Shown: positions 26,537 to 36,976 of the stretch, piece by piece
How the letters are laid out: each line of letters starts with the position of its first letter
Numbering within the stretch: position 1 is the stretch's first letter
DNA from: a virus
Reading direction: 5' to 3' (one strand)
DNA: 64,000 nucleotides
Virus record (IMG/VR): IMGVR_UViG_3300029922_000003
Made by a program: the position numbers and the translations under genes
Notes under the pieces: generated by a model
Seen by the model: only the letters and a program-made list of their open reading frames with translations
What the model was told of the DNA's origin: nothing
Database searches by the model: none

Positions 26537-27485
26537 GCTTCATAGTTAAAAGATATACCCCCTTGAACGAATCTTCAAGTCTCTTGAACCATTCGTCTTG
26601 GGTATTTACATCCTGGTCCAAAATCATAATGATCTTAGTCCAGTTGGTGCAAATTATCCTAATTTGATCTCGTGTTAGTTTCTTTCCAAAGGTGGCGACA
26701 GAGCAGCACCCTACCTTTAGAGCATCAATTGGCCCTTCAGTAACAACGACATATCCTTCATTTTTGACGGCTTTATCAAAGTTAAATAGGGATCTTGCTC
26801 GCTGCATTCCAGGGCAAGTATAATACTTTGGGACATGGTGATCTGACCAATGAAACCCACCACCCTCAAGCGGGATCTTTTCCATTATGTCCCAACCGAA
26901 GGCATCTCCCTTCCAGATCATCCTATCCCCGCGATCATTTACCTTTTCCACCTGTCGTGCCTGCCACCCCATAAGGGTACCAGCCATGACTACGGGGAAT
27001 ATAATTCTCCCAGAGGTAGTTCCCATATTGTCACTGAACCTATATGTACCATCAGTACAGTATGACAACTTGAATCGGTCAGCATCTTCCATAGAGATGC
27101 CTCTTTGGGTTAGATACTCTACAGCGGGATGATTGTCCTCAAGACTACTCATCTTTACCATCTCACCAGGGACAGGAATATCGTCTTTCCAGATTGTTCT
27201 GTTTGATCGATATACCTGACACGATGTCTCAGAGTCTTTGGGTCTACGAACCTTCATTCCTATAAAGAATTGACGACCCTCGTCGAAGAAGTCTTTGTAG
27301 GCATTGCCGGCGTGTCCGCAGTCGTGACAGATGTATGCGCCAGTGTCAGCGTTGATGGACATCTTATACCGTCCACCCTTCTTGTGGAAGCGTGGACAGT
27401 GTACGGTGAATTCTGTATGATCCCTGGAAAAAGTCTGCTGAGCTTCAGGAAAGACTCGTTCTACTTCTTCAAAGGATAGACTCAT
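26433..27485 (-). CDS. dnaG: DNA primase (Zn-binding plus TOPRIM)
   Basis: HCP...CHDCG, VVTEGPIDAL, ILDQD, KDPGE. Confidence 0.9.
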   Translation of the reverse strand: MSLSFEEVERVFPEAQQTFSRDHTEFTVHCPRFHKKGGRYKMSINADTGAYICHDCGHAGNAYKDFFDEGRQFFIGMKVRRPKDSETSCQVYRSNRTIWKDDIPVPGEMVKMSSLEDNHPAVEYLTQRGISMEDADRFKLSYCTDGTYRFSDNMGTTSGRIIFPVVMAGTLMGWQARQVEKVNDRGDRMIWKGDAFGWDIMEKIPLEGGGFHWSDHHVPKYYTCPGMQRARSLFNFDKAVKNEGYVVVTEGPIDALKVGCCSVATFGKKLTRDQIRIICTNWTKIIMILDQDVNTQDEWFKRLEDSFKGVYLLTMKLEGFKDPGEAPRSEIWKQIEAKYGNPNDYRPKVP

Positions 27486-27820
27486 GTGAGATCGAATTCG
27501 TATCCGTATTTGGTTTTTGTTGCCCTATATTCCTGGGCAGGGGTTCCTAGGTTGTTTATGTGCTTCAACGCATAGTTCCTGAAGATCTCAGAAAGCTGAG
27601 AGAACAGCACCGGGTCAAAGGGGAGTTTATAAACATTTATTTCATCATCTGGTGAGACAAATGTCGCAATGACAATTGCCTCTCTGTCGTCGTCCTCTTG
27701 ATAGGTTATGTCCATCTCTGAGGAGTATAACTCAAGACCTACTATTTCTCCTAGGTCCGCCGAGTCTCCAACTTTTCCAATTGGCCATTGCTGTATTGGT
27801 CGTTGTTCTGTGTATTCCAT
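27482..27820 (-). CDS. Hypothetical protein
   Basis: 112-aa ORF coupled to primase and helicase. Confidence 0.65.
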   Translation of the reverse strand: MEYTEQRPIQQWPIGKVGDSADLGEIVGLELYSSEMDITYQEDDDREAIVIATFVSPDDEINVYKLPFDPVLFSQLSEIFRNYALKHINNLGTPAQEYRATKTKYGYEFDLT

Positions 27821-27821
27821 A

Positions 27822-29213
27822 CTATCGTGTGTTCTGTGTTCGTCTATTTACTGGAGTAAAATTTGCCGCACTTGGAACTGCATTGAGCAGGTCTGGTGGG
27901 ATATCCTCAAAGGTCTGTTTGTCTAGCCTTGCGAGAATTTGTGATTCAAATATCTGTCCGTCTCGCATCTTGCCTGCCTTAACTGTCATTCTCCCGCCCT
28001 CTCTGTCTTGGTCAGTTGCGCCGATTCCAAGAAAGACTGAGCATCGCCATGACTTACTAAAGCCCTCTGCTGCGTTTGACATACGGACTTCTCTCTGTCC
28101 ATCCCCCTTGGCATTTGCCTGGGTTGCTGTCCAAAATGCCACGTTAAATCTCTTTGCGATGTCAGAGCATCCCTTAGAGTAGTTCTGAAGCTGGTGTCGC
28201 AGCTCTCTGGATACATACCCATTGCTTCTATCTGATGGGTCTGTTTCGAGGGCGTCTAGCCAATCAAGGAAGATCATGTCTGGCATCTCCTCAGGGGACA
28301 GTCCAGCCAATCGATTTTCTATCATCTTGAGGGAGCAAGCTTCCTCTGAATAATCCCAGATATCAAAGTTTGCTCTAACCTCTAGGGGAAATGTATCCCT
28401 AATCTGATGAACCTCATCCCTAACTTTATCCATGTCACCATCATCACCATACCTGATCCTGTTGTAATCAACCTGGGTCATTCTGGAATACAACCTTTCT
28501 GAGATCTTCTTCTGTGGCAGCTCTAGGGTGATTAGTAGTGTCTTCTTGTGAGAGAGGCAAGCTCCCCAACAAAAGTTAATCCCTACGGTTGTTTTGCCTA
28601 AACCAGAAACACCGCAAACTACTCCAAACTCCCCCTTACCAAGACCGCCATTCATCCTAGAGTCAATTGCGTTAATCCCGCATGGGACATACTCAACCGG
28701 AACATCGGACATCTGGCAATCAATAAGAGGCTTTATGGATACAGATTTTGAACTACTTGGTTTTGATTCCTCAAGCGCCTTAGATATCTTACTGGCAAAC
28801 TCCTGTGGCGTACCCTTCTTATATCCACTGATCAATCTTGAAATTTTTATCTCAGACAGAAATGCAGGAAGAATTTTAAGGAAGTACTCCTCGTGGAGTT
28901 TCATGTCATAGATTGCCTCAACCTCTCTTATTAGTGGTTTTCTTTCTGTAGCCAAAATATCTCCTGATTCAATCATCTCCTTGAGATGCATTGCCAGGAG
29001 TTCTACTGGGATACATTCGGTGGGTACTACCCCCTGAACATTCAGTATCTTTTTGGCTGCAATTAAGATTCCACTATGAATCGGTAGCTCTACGTCGTTG
29101 TGGGTAAATCTGCCTTCGTGCAGGTACCTTAGAAGGCTCGGGCAGCGTATCGTGTGCGCTATCATCGACCTCTGAAAGTCTTTGTGGAAATAATCTGTTG
29201 TATCTTGAGACAT
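27822..29213 (-). CDS. dnaB: Replicative DnaB-family helicase
   Basis: GVSGLGKT, ITLE, FLDWLD, WTATQAN, KMRDG. Confidence 0.92.
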   Translation of the reverse strand: MSQDTTDYFHKDFQRSMIAHTIRCPSLLRYLHEGRFTHNDVELPIHSGILIAAKKILNVQGVVPTECIPVELLAMHLKEMIESGDILATERKPLIREVEAIYDMKLHEEYFLKILPAFLSEIKISRLISGYKKGTPQEFASKISKALEESKPSSSKSVSIKPLIDCQMSDVPVEYVPCGINAIDSRMNGGLGKGEFGVVCGVSGLGKTTVGINFCWGACLSHKKTLLITLELPQKKISERLYSRMTQVDYNRIRYGDDGDMDKVRDEVHQIRDTFPLEVRANFDIWDYSEEACSLKMIENRLAGLSPEEMPDMIFLDWLDALETDPSDRSNGYVSRELRHQLQNYSKGCSDIAKRFNVAFWTATQANAKGDGQREVRMSNAAEGFSKSWRCSVFLGIGATDQDREGGRMTVKAGKMRDGQIFESQILARLDKQTFEDIPPDLLNAVPSAANFTPVNRRTQNTR

Positions 29214-29769
29214 AGGTATCCTTTATATATTTGTCAATTGATGGGTTGGCCTTGACCTCCGCGTATGCAGTTGCCCCATATCTTTCTAAAAACTCTGGTA
29301 AAACGTCCTCGCTGCATAGCAATATACGAATATATGCCTTCACCGGAACGAAGTCTAGACCAAGAATATTGTCGACTTCTCCATGAGTTTTTGTATAGAA
29401 AGCTATGGCGTCATTGAGGTATCTTATTTGGTTTGTAAACTCCAGCTCGCCAATGGTTTTCCCTTTGTTGAGATAATTGTTGTAAATGCTCTGTGCTCTC
29501 GGGGAGCACAGTTGATTTACAAATGGAGCACCACCCCAGCACTCAAAAAGTGATTCTAGGTAGGTTACTGGATCTGCTTTTAGTCTAATAAGTGTATTGG
29601 CCAACTTGAACCATTCACTATCAAACTTTTTGCCGCACTTGTACCCAGGGGCTGATCGCCCCCTAAAGCACTCGTAGACTCGCTGGCATTTTCTAGCTAG
29701 CGAACTGGCATCTACTTCTTCAGGTTGCATCTTGTAAAAATTGTATTTGGTCTGGTGAGACATCTTCAA
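29074..29769 (-). CDS. Hypothetical protein (helicase-loader position)
   Basis: 231-aa ORF between the SF2 helicase and DnaB; function inferred from position only. Confidence 0.55.
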   Translation of the reverse strand: MKMSHQTKYNFYKMQPEEVDASSLARKCQRVYECFRGRSAPGYKCGKKFDSEWFKLANTLIRLKADPVTYLESLFECWGGAPFVNQLCSPRAQSIYNNYLNKGKTIGELEFTNQIRYLNDAIAFYTKTHGEVDNILGLDFVPVKAYIRILLCSEDVLPEFLERYGATAYAEVKANPSIDKYIKDTYVSRYNRLFPQRLSEVDDSAHDTLPEPSKVPARRQIYPQRRRATDS

Positions 29770-31177
29770 ATAATTTGTATCCTCTTGATTTGTATAGGTC
29801 TATGCGAGTTTTTGATTTTCTTTGCATTCTCTCACACCACATGTCGTTGAAATCTATTACTACTCCATACCCCTTACCCTCTGTCAACCTTCTATTTCTT
29901 CCAGCTTTTTGAAGGACCGAAACATCAGACTGAGTCCAGTTGGCATTTATAGTCACAAACAGCGCCTTGGGATCTACACCCTCTGCCAGGCAGTCAGTAG
30001 AGATGATTCTCTTCATATCTCCAGAGTTGAATCCACCCATAACCCTAATCTTCTCTTTTGTAGATATGCTACCGTGGTATATCTCAAATCCACTGTCTTT
30101 CAGATAGTCGGACATCAATTCCTCTAAGTGCGCTAGAGTTCTTACATAGATTACTAGTTGTTGGTCTTTGGGGACTAGATTCACGCACTCGCTAAGTAGC
30201 TTGTTCCTGTGACGGTTGTACCAAACCCCATTTTTCTCCATTGTGAGATTCTGGGTTGTCTTTGAGAACTGGACCCCTTTGTCTACTTTTATAGTGTAGA
30301 CATGTAGTGGAGTAGCCCTTTCCATTTCCTCTAGCTCCTGATCTGTTAAGGTAAACACGGTTGGTCCAAAAACAGACTCAAGGTATTTTGAAAGCCCCTT
30401 GAATCCACCAGATAGGGTTCCAGAGAACCCACACTTTTTGGATGTTTTGAATCTTAACAATTGCTCTGACGTAACCGGACTTGATGCTGAATGCGCCTCA
30501 TCGAACAGAATATAACTAATATTACTTGGATCAAACTTTTGTAGAGATTTTGATGTTATTACCATAGTTCTACCCTTCGCCTTTTTTGATGAAAGGTAGA
30601 CGCCTGGATCGCACTCGGGAGCAAGATCCTGCAGATCTTTATAAAGCTTTGTAGCTACAGATTGGCGGTTGGTTACAACCAATCCCCTGTGTTTGCTAAA
30701 AGCCCTACAGAGTGCCGCGATTATCCTTGTCTTACCAGTATTGGTTGCTGCATTTACTAAGCACCCACCATCGTGACTCAGGACAGCCTCTACCGCAGTT
30801 TTTTGATCTGGATAGAGACCTTCAAATACCCTTTCGGTTATTTCTGGTTCTTCGTAAATAGCACCATTCGGTTCAAGGATATCAATCTCATATTTTAACT
30901 TGAATAGGGTTTTCTTTACTAGGGTCAATAGACCATCGTACGTAATTACCCCATTCCCATCTTTTGTTATTTTGTACAGGTTCTTCTTAACAGAACCAAT
31001 AGGACCATCTACAAACACCTCTCGCATCTTTCCAGTCTTTTGATCAAAAAACTTTTTCTTAATTTTATCCCTCACTGTGTAAGAGAAAGATAGTTTTGCG
31101 AGAAGATCTGGAATGATCGGATCTATTCGTAAGTACCCTCCAGATCTGGTGATTGTTACTTTCATTGTGCTCTGCAT
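29720..31177 (-). CDS. uvsW: SF2 DNA helicase, UvsW-like
   Basis: YPDQ, AATNTGKT, FDEAH, SGT, EGVD, QKAGRNRR. Confidence 0.88.
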   Translation of the reverse strand: MQSTMKVTITRSGGYLRIDPIIPDLLAKLSFSYTVRDKIKKKFFDQKTGKMREVFVDGPIGSVKKNLYKITKDGNGVITYDGLLTLVKKTLFKLKYEIDILEPNGAIYEEPEITERVFEGLYPDQKTAVEAVLSHDGGCLVNAATNTGKTRIIAALCRAFSKHRGLVVTNRQSVATKLYKDLQDLAPECDPGVYLSSKKAKGRTMVITSKSLQKFDPSNISYILFDEAHSASSPVTSEQLLRFKTSKKCGFSGTLSGGFKGLSKYLESVFGPTVFTLTDQELEEMERATPLHVYTIKVDKGVQFSKTTQNLTMEKNGVWYNRHRNKLLSECVNLVPKDQQLVIYVRTLAHLEELMSDYLKDSGFEIYHGSISTKEKIRVMGGFNSGDMKRIISTDCLAEGVDPKALFVTINANWTQSDVSVLQKAGRNRRLTEGKGYGVVIDFNDMWCERMQRKSKTRIDLYKSRGYKLFEDVSPDQIQFLQDAT

Positions 31178-31216
31178 ATTTAGTGGGAATCCCCGGCCTA
31201 AAGGCCGGGGAGGATG

Positions 31217-32230
31217 TCAATCGCGTACTTGCTCTATCCACTGCTGCCAAGAATCACCAAGATACTTCTCTAGAGAATTCCTCTGCTTCATCAAGTAGAG
31301 GGGCTTTAAAATACCCTGTGACTTGATTATAGCTCTGACAATGGACTTCCTGTCGTTTGGGTTGCACTTTAGGCTATTTAGCCAAAAGATGTCTTCACTA
31401 GATACAACAGGAACGCCCTGAGACACAGCATCCGCTGCAACGATACAGAATGTTTCTGTATAGCTAGCTGCAAGTACAACGTCCATGCTCTTTATGAGAG
31501 AGCAAAACGTATTGTGATCTTTCCACTCGTGTTCGATTAGTTCGTGGTATCCATTGTTGGCAAATAGGTTCTTTAGATTTTTGTATACCTGCGCACCCCA
31601 TTGCTCCAATCTCGTGGAATTTATATGGAAGTGCAGAACCTCGCCACTCCGTTCCGCGTAGTCAATAGCAGCCACTGCCTGCATCATCTGGTTCTTTAGT
31701 GGCCGGATGGCTCCAAAGCACCCAATGTTAATTACATCATTATGTACTGTAGGAAGTTCAAACTTATCCACTTTCTTGTGGATGTAGTAGTTCGGCAGGT
31801 AGACAGTTCTCTGTTTTGTGAACACAGAAATGTTCTCGCATGACCGAACGGTATTTGACGAAACAAACACCCCAGGGATCTGTGCATACTGATAGACCCA
31901 GTCCGTAGCAATACCTTCGTTCGCTAGGAATGGAATCTCAGAGTGATTCCGAATCACCCAGGTGATGTTGGGGTGCAGCTTAGTAAGCTCCTTCAATTTC
32001 TCTGGAGTTACCCACAGTGCTTCAATGATAGCGATGTTCGGCTTGTGCTGTGTAACAACCCTATCGATGGAATTCCCGTCCACGACAATCTCGATCTTTG
32101 AGTCTACGCAATTGTTGCTTAGCATGTCCGACACGAATGTCGCTGAGTTTTGCAATCCACTAGAGAACCCCTTGGCTCCATAAGAACTGTCATAGTCATG
32201 TCTTAGTTTTAGTATAAATAATACTTTCAT
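31217..32230 (-). CDS. GT-B fold (GT4-like) glycosyltransferase
   Basis: IGCFGAIRPLKN and SYTETFCIVAADAVSQGVPVV (E-x7-D variant of the E-x7-E motif). Confidence 0.8.
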   Translation of the reverse strand: MKVLFILKLRHDYDSSYGAKGFSSGLQNSATFVSDMLSNNCVDSKIEIVVDGNSIDRVVTQHKPNIAIIEALWVTPEKLKELTKLHPNITWVIRNHSEIPFLANEGIATDWVYQYAQIPGVFVSSNTVRSCENISVFTKQRTVYLPNYYIHKKVDKFELPTVHNDVINIGCFGAIRPLKNQMMQAVAAIDYAERSGEVLHFHINSTRLEQWGAQVYKNLKNLFANNGYHELIEHEWKDHNTFCSLIKSMDVVLAASYTETFCIVAADAVSQGVPVVSSEDIFWLNSLKCNPNDRKSIVRAIIKSQGILKPLYLMKQRNSLEKYLGDSWQQWIEQVRD

Positions 32231-32396
32231 TTTGTTTTTACGATCTTCTTGTGTTTTTGTGTATTTACCGGTCCAATTACTTTTATTCAGTTGGCAAGGT
32301 ACCAGACACTACCCTGTATCTGCGGCCTGATCAACTCAATTTGACAGAGACGTGATATCTCCATTAGCCTTTTTTCTGAACAACTTGAATGCTGTC

Positions 32397-33068
32397 TTAG
32401 GTTCCAGTGCGTTCAGGTGGGTCATTGATAAGTCCCATGGATTTTGCATTTTCGTAGGTCAGACTCAGATCGTGTGTGAGATAAGCCTCAGCCTCTTTCA
32501 CATCTCGCTTGAGTGTCTGCCAGAACAATTCCTTGCTCTTTGTCTTGGTTCCATTCCCTAGGTGGATAGACAGCTCATTCAGACTGACGTAATCTTTTCT
32601 ACGGCAGTCCCAAATAGCAGCCAAGTCAATCAATGGCGCATTCCTGGAAAGAGAACCATCAATGCCGAAGAACCATGGGAATAGGTTCTTGCCATACTTC
32701 AGGGCTCTCCTACACAAGAATGGAATATCGAATGAGATACCATTGAATGTAATTATCTCAATCTCTGGAACACCGCTGACATTGCCAACACACAGATTAG
32801 AGAATACCGTTATCAGGTCTTTCTCGTCCTTTGAGTGATGTAGTACTGGAGACGCCTTGCCTACTTCCCAGACACCCACTGCACACACTTTTGCTGTGAG
32901 TGGATTTAGGGCTGCTTGGTCATAGAACTTAGCCTTCTTATCTTCAATATCAGCAGCAATCTTTACTGGGTCCTTGAGGTTCCCTGCTGCCTTGATCTCA
33001 GGCATTACTGCCTCTATCTCCTCTCTTGAGAGAGGTTCTGTTTCGATGTCTACGATTACTTGTATCAT
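32397..33068 (-). CDS. Stand-alone DEDDy 3'-5' exonuclease (PolB-exo-like; candidate proofreader)
   Basis: VDIET (ExoI), TFNGISFDIPFL (ExoII), YLTHD (ExoIII). Confidence 0.88.
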   Translation of the reverse strand: MIQVIVDIETEPLSREEIEAVMPEIKAAGNLKDPVKIAADIEDKKAKFYDQAALNPLTAKVCAVGVWEVGKASPVLHHSKDEKDLITVFSNLCVGNVSGVPEIEIITFNGISFDIPFLCRRALKYGKNLFPWFFGIDGSLSRNAPLIDLAAIWDCRRKDYVSLNELSIHLGNGTKTKSKELFWQTLKRDVKEAEAYLTHDLSLTYENAKSMGLINDPPERTGT

Positions 33069-33210
33069 GGTTATTTTTTATTTTCGCTCCCTAATTTGCT
33101 CCAAAAGTCATCAAACTCCTTCCACGTCTGCTCGTTGTGGTTGTGTGGATATATATTATCGCAAATAGGGCACCGATTATCTTCTTCATTATCATCATTT
33201 TCTGTTTCCA

Positions 33211-34998
33211 TCAGAATTCGATTGTTTGTCTAAAGTATGGGATCAGAGATCTCTCGTGAGTAACAGTCAGGATTTGTAGGTTCTGGCTATCAGAGAGTTC
33301 TGAAATACTTTCGATGATTTCTTTAAAATTTGCAATGGTGTTTCTGTCAAGCCATGTGGTTGGTTCATCTAAGACTATCAAGTCCACTCCTGTCGAGAAG
33401 ATCTCGCAAGCAGCAAACCTAAATGCCAAAGATAGTGTTACCTTTTGTCCACAAGACAGGTCTGACGCTGGAACCTTCTTGGATCCAAAGTCACACACAA
33501 AATCATTATCTTTGTCTACACTGACTCGGTATTGCGCTCCGAAGCTTTGTAGGTATTGGTTAATAGATGAACACATTTGGTTCATCTTGGAATTTACATA
33601 AAGGCCACTAATGCCATCATGCCTAAATACATCTCTAACCCTAGAAATCCTAGACTCATGAATCTTAGTCCCAGAATACTTGAGTCCCACAGTCTTGGCA
33701 GACTCTAGGTCTTTTTCGTGCTGAGCAATCTGATCAACTAATCCACCAATGGAGGAGATTATTATACTTGCCTGTTCCTCTGCATTGCTCATCTCTGTGC
33801 GAGCATCTCGTATATTCATCAGCCCACCTTCGTACGCTTCAGATGAGTGCTTTGGCCATTGATTATCTTCTAGCTCTTTTTTCAAAACCTCAATAGCTGT
33901 ATTGGCGCTATCTATGTTGGCAGTATATTGATCCCTCTTGGTCTCATACGATGACAACTCGCTAGAAGCATCTTCTAACTCTTTTGATATAGCAAAGATG
34001 GTTCTATCTATCTTGGATGATGCCTTACGAGATTCCTCAAGCCTTCTACCCATTGATTCTACAATATCTTCTGTCAACTTGTTCCCACATATAGAGCAAT
34101 CGCCACTTTTGTCGTGAGAGCAACTGGCTGCATCAAGAATCTTGATCATCTCCTTGATCCCTCCAGACTCCTTGACTGCACTAGCCAACCTTTCTTTGAT
34201 ATTTTCTATGTCTAGGTTAGTTACCTTGGGAATAGTAAGTGATTTTAAGCTATTAGACAGAGACTCTTTGTAAGCGATCTTCTCCTCTATCTTTGCTTCA
34301 ATTGACTCTTTGCGCAATGCCCTCTTCTTGTTGGAAAGAATCTTATCCTCATTTGCAGAGTCAAGAAATTCACGAAGAGACGAGATTTTATCCCTCCTTT
34401 CACCTAGCTCTGCCTCGAGATTTTTCTTCATCTTAGAGACACTCTCAATAGCAGCCCTAGCTTGGCTTTCGTCAATTATTGCAGGGTATGGGATGTTTGA
34501 CTTCCAACGTCCAATTAGCTGCTCAATCTTTGCAGCCTTCTCTAACCCAAAGAACTTCTGGAGCATCTTATTCCTCTCAGCGGCCCTGCCAAATAAGAGC
34601 CCCAAAATATCCTGCTGAGTAACAAATACCATATTGGGAAGGAATGACTTGTCGCACCCCAGTAGTTCCAACATCTTATCCGTAACAGCGTCTGATCCGT
34701 TGATAGTGTCCGATCCATACTCCAACGATGCTTCGTTGTTGTGTAGATTCCTGTTAATTACAAATGGCACATCTTTGATAATACCACTTACCTCTATTGA
34801 GCCAGTTTTCTCTCCATAAGTAATCAGGTCCTTCTTCTTTTTTCCAAACTCCCCAGTTACAGCAATAGATATGGAAGAGGCAAAATTACTTTTGCCTGAT
34901 CCATTCTGACCAATAATGCCAACGACGTTATCATGGATATCGATATTGACATCTCTATGCTGAGTGACGTTTTTTAGTTCTACTCTAGTTATTTTCAT
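33211..34998 (-). CDS. sbcC: SbcC/Rad50/gp46-like ATPase
   Basis: GQNGSGKS, coiled coils with a CSIC Zn hook, LSCGQK signature, LDEPT, VTH. Confidence 0.92.
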   Translation of the reverse strand: MKITRVELKNVTQHRDVNIDIHDNVVGIIGQNGSGKSNFASSISIAVTGEFGKKKKDLITYGEKTGSIEVSGIIKDVPFVINRNLHNNEASLEYGSDTINGSDAVTDKMLELLGCDKSFLPNMVFVTQQDILGLLFGRAAERNKMLQKFFGLEKAAKIEQLIGRWKSNIPYPAIIDESQARAAIESVSKMKKNLEAELGERRDKISSLREFLDSANEDKILSNKKRALRKESIEAKIEEKIAYKESLSNSLKSLTIPKVTNLDIENIKERLASAVKESGGIKEMIKILDAASCSHDKSGDCSICGNKLTEDIVESMGRRLEESRKASSKIDRTIFAISKELEDASSELSSYETKRDQYTANIDSANTAIEVLKKELEDNQWPKHSSEAYEGGLMNIRDARTEMSNAEEQASIIISSIGGLVDQIAQHEKDLESAKTVGLKYSGTKIHESRISRVRDVFRHDGISGLYVNSKMNQMCSSINQYLQSFGAQYRVSVDKDNDFVCDFGSKKVPASDLSCGQKVTLSLAFRFAACEIFSTGVDLIVLDEPTTWLDRNTIANFKEIIESISELSDSQNLQILTVTHERSLIPYFRQTIEF

Positions 34999-35269
34999 CG
35001 CTGTTGTCGTATAGACAAAACATCCTAGCCCTCTCTTCTATGAGTCTCTCTAATCTTTCTGGAGATACTTCTAGGAATGGCGTGTTATAACCAAATCTAC
35101 GTCTCCACACAGTTATGTGTTTGCCTGTTGTAGGGCTGTACTTAGTTGAGGAGCGGTAGATAGTGTCACCACTCTTTAGCGCCACTGGAGTCTCATATGA
35201 GAATAACACCATTACTCCATTTAGAAGATCTAGTGCGTGACTATTTGCTGTGTAGTGTCTGAGCTTCAT
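34985..35269 (-). CDS. Small conserved phage hypothetical inserted between sbcD and sbcC
   Basis: LFSYETPVA...YSPTTGKHI pattern typical of small phage proteins. Confidence 0.6.
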   Translation of the reverse strand: MKLRHYTANSHALDLLNGVMVLFSYETPVALKSGDTIYRSSTKYSPTTGKHITVWRRRFGYNTPFLEVSPERLERLIEERARMFCLYDNSDENN

Positions 35270-36362
35270 GAATCGTTTCGGTTAAGTCCTTTTCAAGGAT
35301 TGCAGCTATATTATCTGTAGAGGGGTTGTTCCATATCTCACTAACGAGATCTACATCCCTCTGTTCCAGGCTATTCTCTTTTTCTACAAGAGATATGAAG
35401 TCTGTATCTTCCGTAACCTCACTGTCGCTCTCTAGGGAGTCTGCCACCTTTGGAGGCTTATCTCTATGTAGGTGAATGATAGCTCCTGGGAAGTGTTTGT
35501 TGACTTCAGAAACTAGCCCCCTAGCTTCATCCTCTTGAGCGGGAGTATATCTGACAATGTAAAAAGCAAATGGATCTTTAGCAACAATACCTAGTACGCT
35601 ACTTGATTCAAATAGGTTTATTACATAGGAGGCTTGATCTGGAGAATATGGAATGGATTTGATCTTTGAAACCTTCTTTTTTGTTTCGTCGAACTGGATC
35701 TCCAAGAACTTGAAGTCGTTGCATTCCTCACCCAACTTCAAGAAGAAGTTTGTACCAGGATATGCGGCAGTACACCCATTAGATAGCTTCATGATCTTGT
35801 GAATGTGAAGATCGCCTAATGCCAAGTATTTGCACTTCTTTGAAAGCTCTGCGAGATCTTCTTCGTCTAGCTGCGGCCTAGCAATTGATGGTAAGAATCC
35901 AGCGGCTGACTGATGCATCATAATAATGTCCATTCCATCCGGTATATTATTAATTACATCTTTAATTTGTTTTTTGTGTATATAACTAAGATTTAGTATT
36001 TTAATCCCCAATATGGTGTCGTGCAGATCACCAGATTTCTCCTTGTGAATATCACGCTCCTCAAGTAGTCCAGTCTCTACCCACTGATACTCAGATCCGA
36101 CAACCATATCGTGATTCCCCACATTAACTATCAGTTCTGCTCCAAACCCCTTTAGGTCTCGGCAGAAGTATATCCACTGGATCACATCTAGTGGGCTAGG
36201 CTCTGGAGAGTCAAACACATCTCCAGTTATCATCACGATGTCGTAATCCTTAAGCTCATCTGCGAGCTTGTGTAAATTCTTGCCGTGGTGTTTTTGTCTA
36301 CCGACATTACCCCACTGGTGACTACCGATATGTAAATCTGAAATGTGTGCTATTTTAATCAT
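35241..36362 (-). CDS. sbcD: SbcD/Mre11/gp47-like nuclease
   Basis: SDLHIG, TGDVFD, GNHD, MHQ, LGDLH phosphoesterase motifs. Confidence 0.92.
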   Translation of the reverse strand: MIKIAHISDLHIGSHQWGNVGRQKHHGKNLHKLADELKDYDIVMITGDVFDSPEPSPLDVIQWIYFCRDLKGFGAELIVNVGNHDMVVGSEYQWVETGLLEERDIHKEKSGDLHDTILGIKILNLSYIHKKQIKDVINNIPDGMDIIMMHQSAAGFLPSIARPQLDEEDLAELSKKCKYLALGDLHIHKIMKLSNGCTAAYPGTNFFLKLGEECNDFKFLEIQFDETKKKVSKIKSIPYSPDQASYVINLFESSSVLGIVAKDPFAFYIVRYTPAQEDEARGLVSEVNKHFPGAIIHLHRDKPPKVADSLESDSEVTEDTDFISLVEKENSLEQRDVDLVSEIWNNPSTDNIAAILEKDLTETIHEAQTLHSK

Positions 36363-36367
36363 GACGC

Positions 36368-36398
36368 AAAAAGCGGGGCACCCCTATGGATGCCCCGC
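36368..36398 (-). terminator. Intrinsic terminator 5 nt upstream of the sbcD start
   Basis: GCGGGGCA-TCCATAGGGG-TGCCCCGC-TTTTT. Confidence 0.7.
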
Positions 36399-36412
36399 CC
36401 TCAGCTTTGGAT

Positions 36413-36688
36413 TTAGCGAGATGCTTTGGCCGCTTTCTTCTTAGGAGAAGAAGAAACCGTCTTGGATGCACGCTTGCCCATACCAGCCAGCATGACCTGG
36501 AAAGCCTGGTACTGCTTCTGGCGCTTCATCGTGACAGAGCGCTTCACTCCACGAATCTTGTCGGGATTGAGTAGGCGACTGCAGATATACGCAATATCTG
36601 CGTTTTGAGTGATCTTGTTAGACTCAAGGAGGCTAACGATATCACAGAGGACTTCTTGTTCGGACCGTGGTTCTGGTGTTTTTTCCAT
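36413..36688 (-). CDS. Small basic hypothetical protein
   Basis: 91-aa ORF with a Lys-rich tail. Confidence 0.65.
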   Translation of the reverse strand: MEKTPEPRSEQEVLCDIVSLLESNKITQNADIAYICSRLLNPDKIRGVKRSVTMKRQKQYQAFQVMLAGMGKRASKTVSSSPKKKAAKASR

Positions 36689-36703
36689 TTTGTTTGTTTG
36701 TGT

Positions 36704-36976
36704 TTATGGGTGTATGTCTTGTCCATCAAACAGGAGGGCATCTACAATAGATACTTCCTGGGCTAGGACTTCGTTTCTGCTCTTACCTTTGGCAATTACT
36801 TGCCCCGTCTTAATCAAGGTCGCAACCCACTCTTGGGATTCGTTATCGAATTCAACATCTGTCACACGACAGTTGTTGACGCGGCCTTGATCAAAAATAC
36901 TCAATTCGTCATGATAGACTGACTTAACAGTTCCATCAGTGGCGAATATCATTGATATCTCTTTATCTTGAGACAT
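36704..36976 (-). CDS. Small hypothetical protein of the AAA/DUF1257/DUF2997 module (start MSQDKE)
   Basis: DGTVKSVY...VEFDNESQEWVA...SRNEVLAQEV; start moved to avoid nesting in DUF2997. Confidence 0.6.
   Translation of the reverse strand: MSQDKEISMIFATDGTVKSVYHDELSIFDQGRVNNCRVTDVEFDNESQEWVATLIKTGQVIAKGKSRNEVLAQEVSIVDALLFDGQDIHP

Noticed and set aside
32231-32396. Riboswitch upstream of the glycosyltransferase
   Set aside because: Only two short hairpins; no recognisable aptamer consensus.
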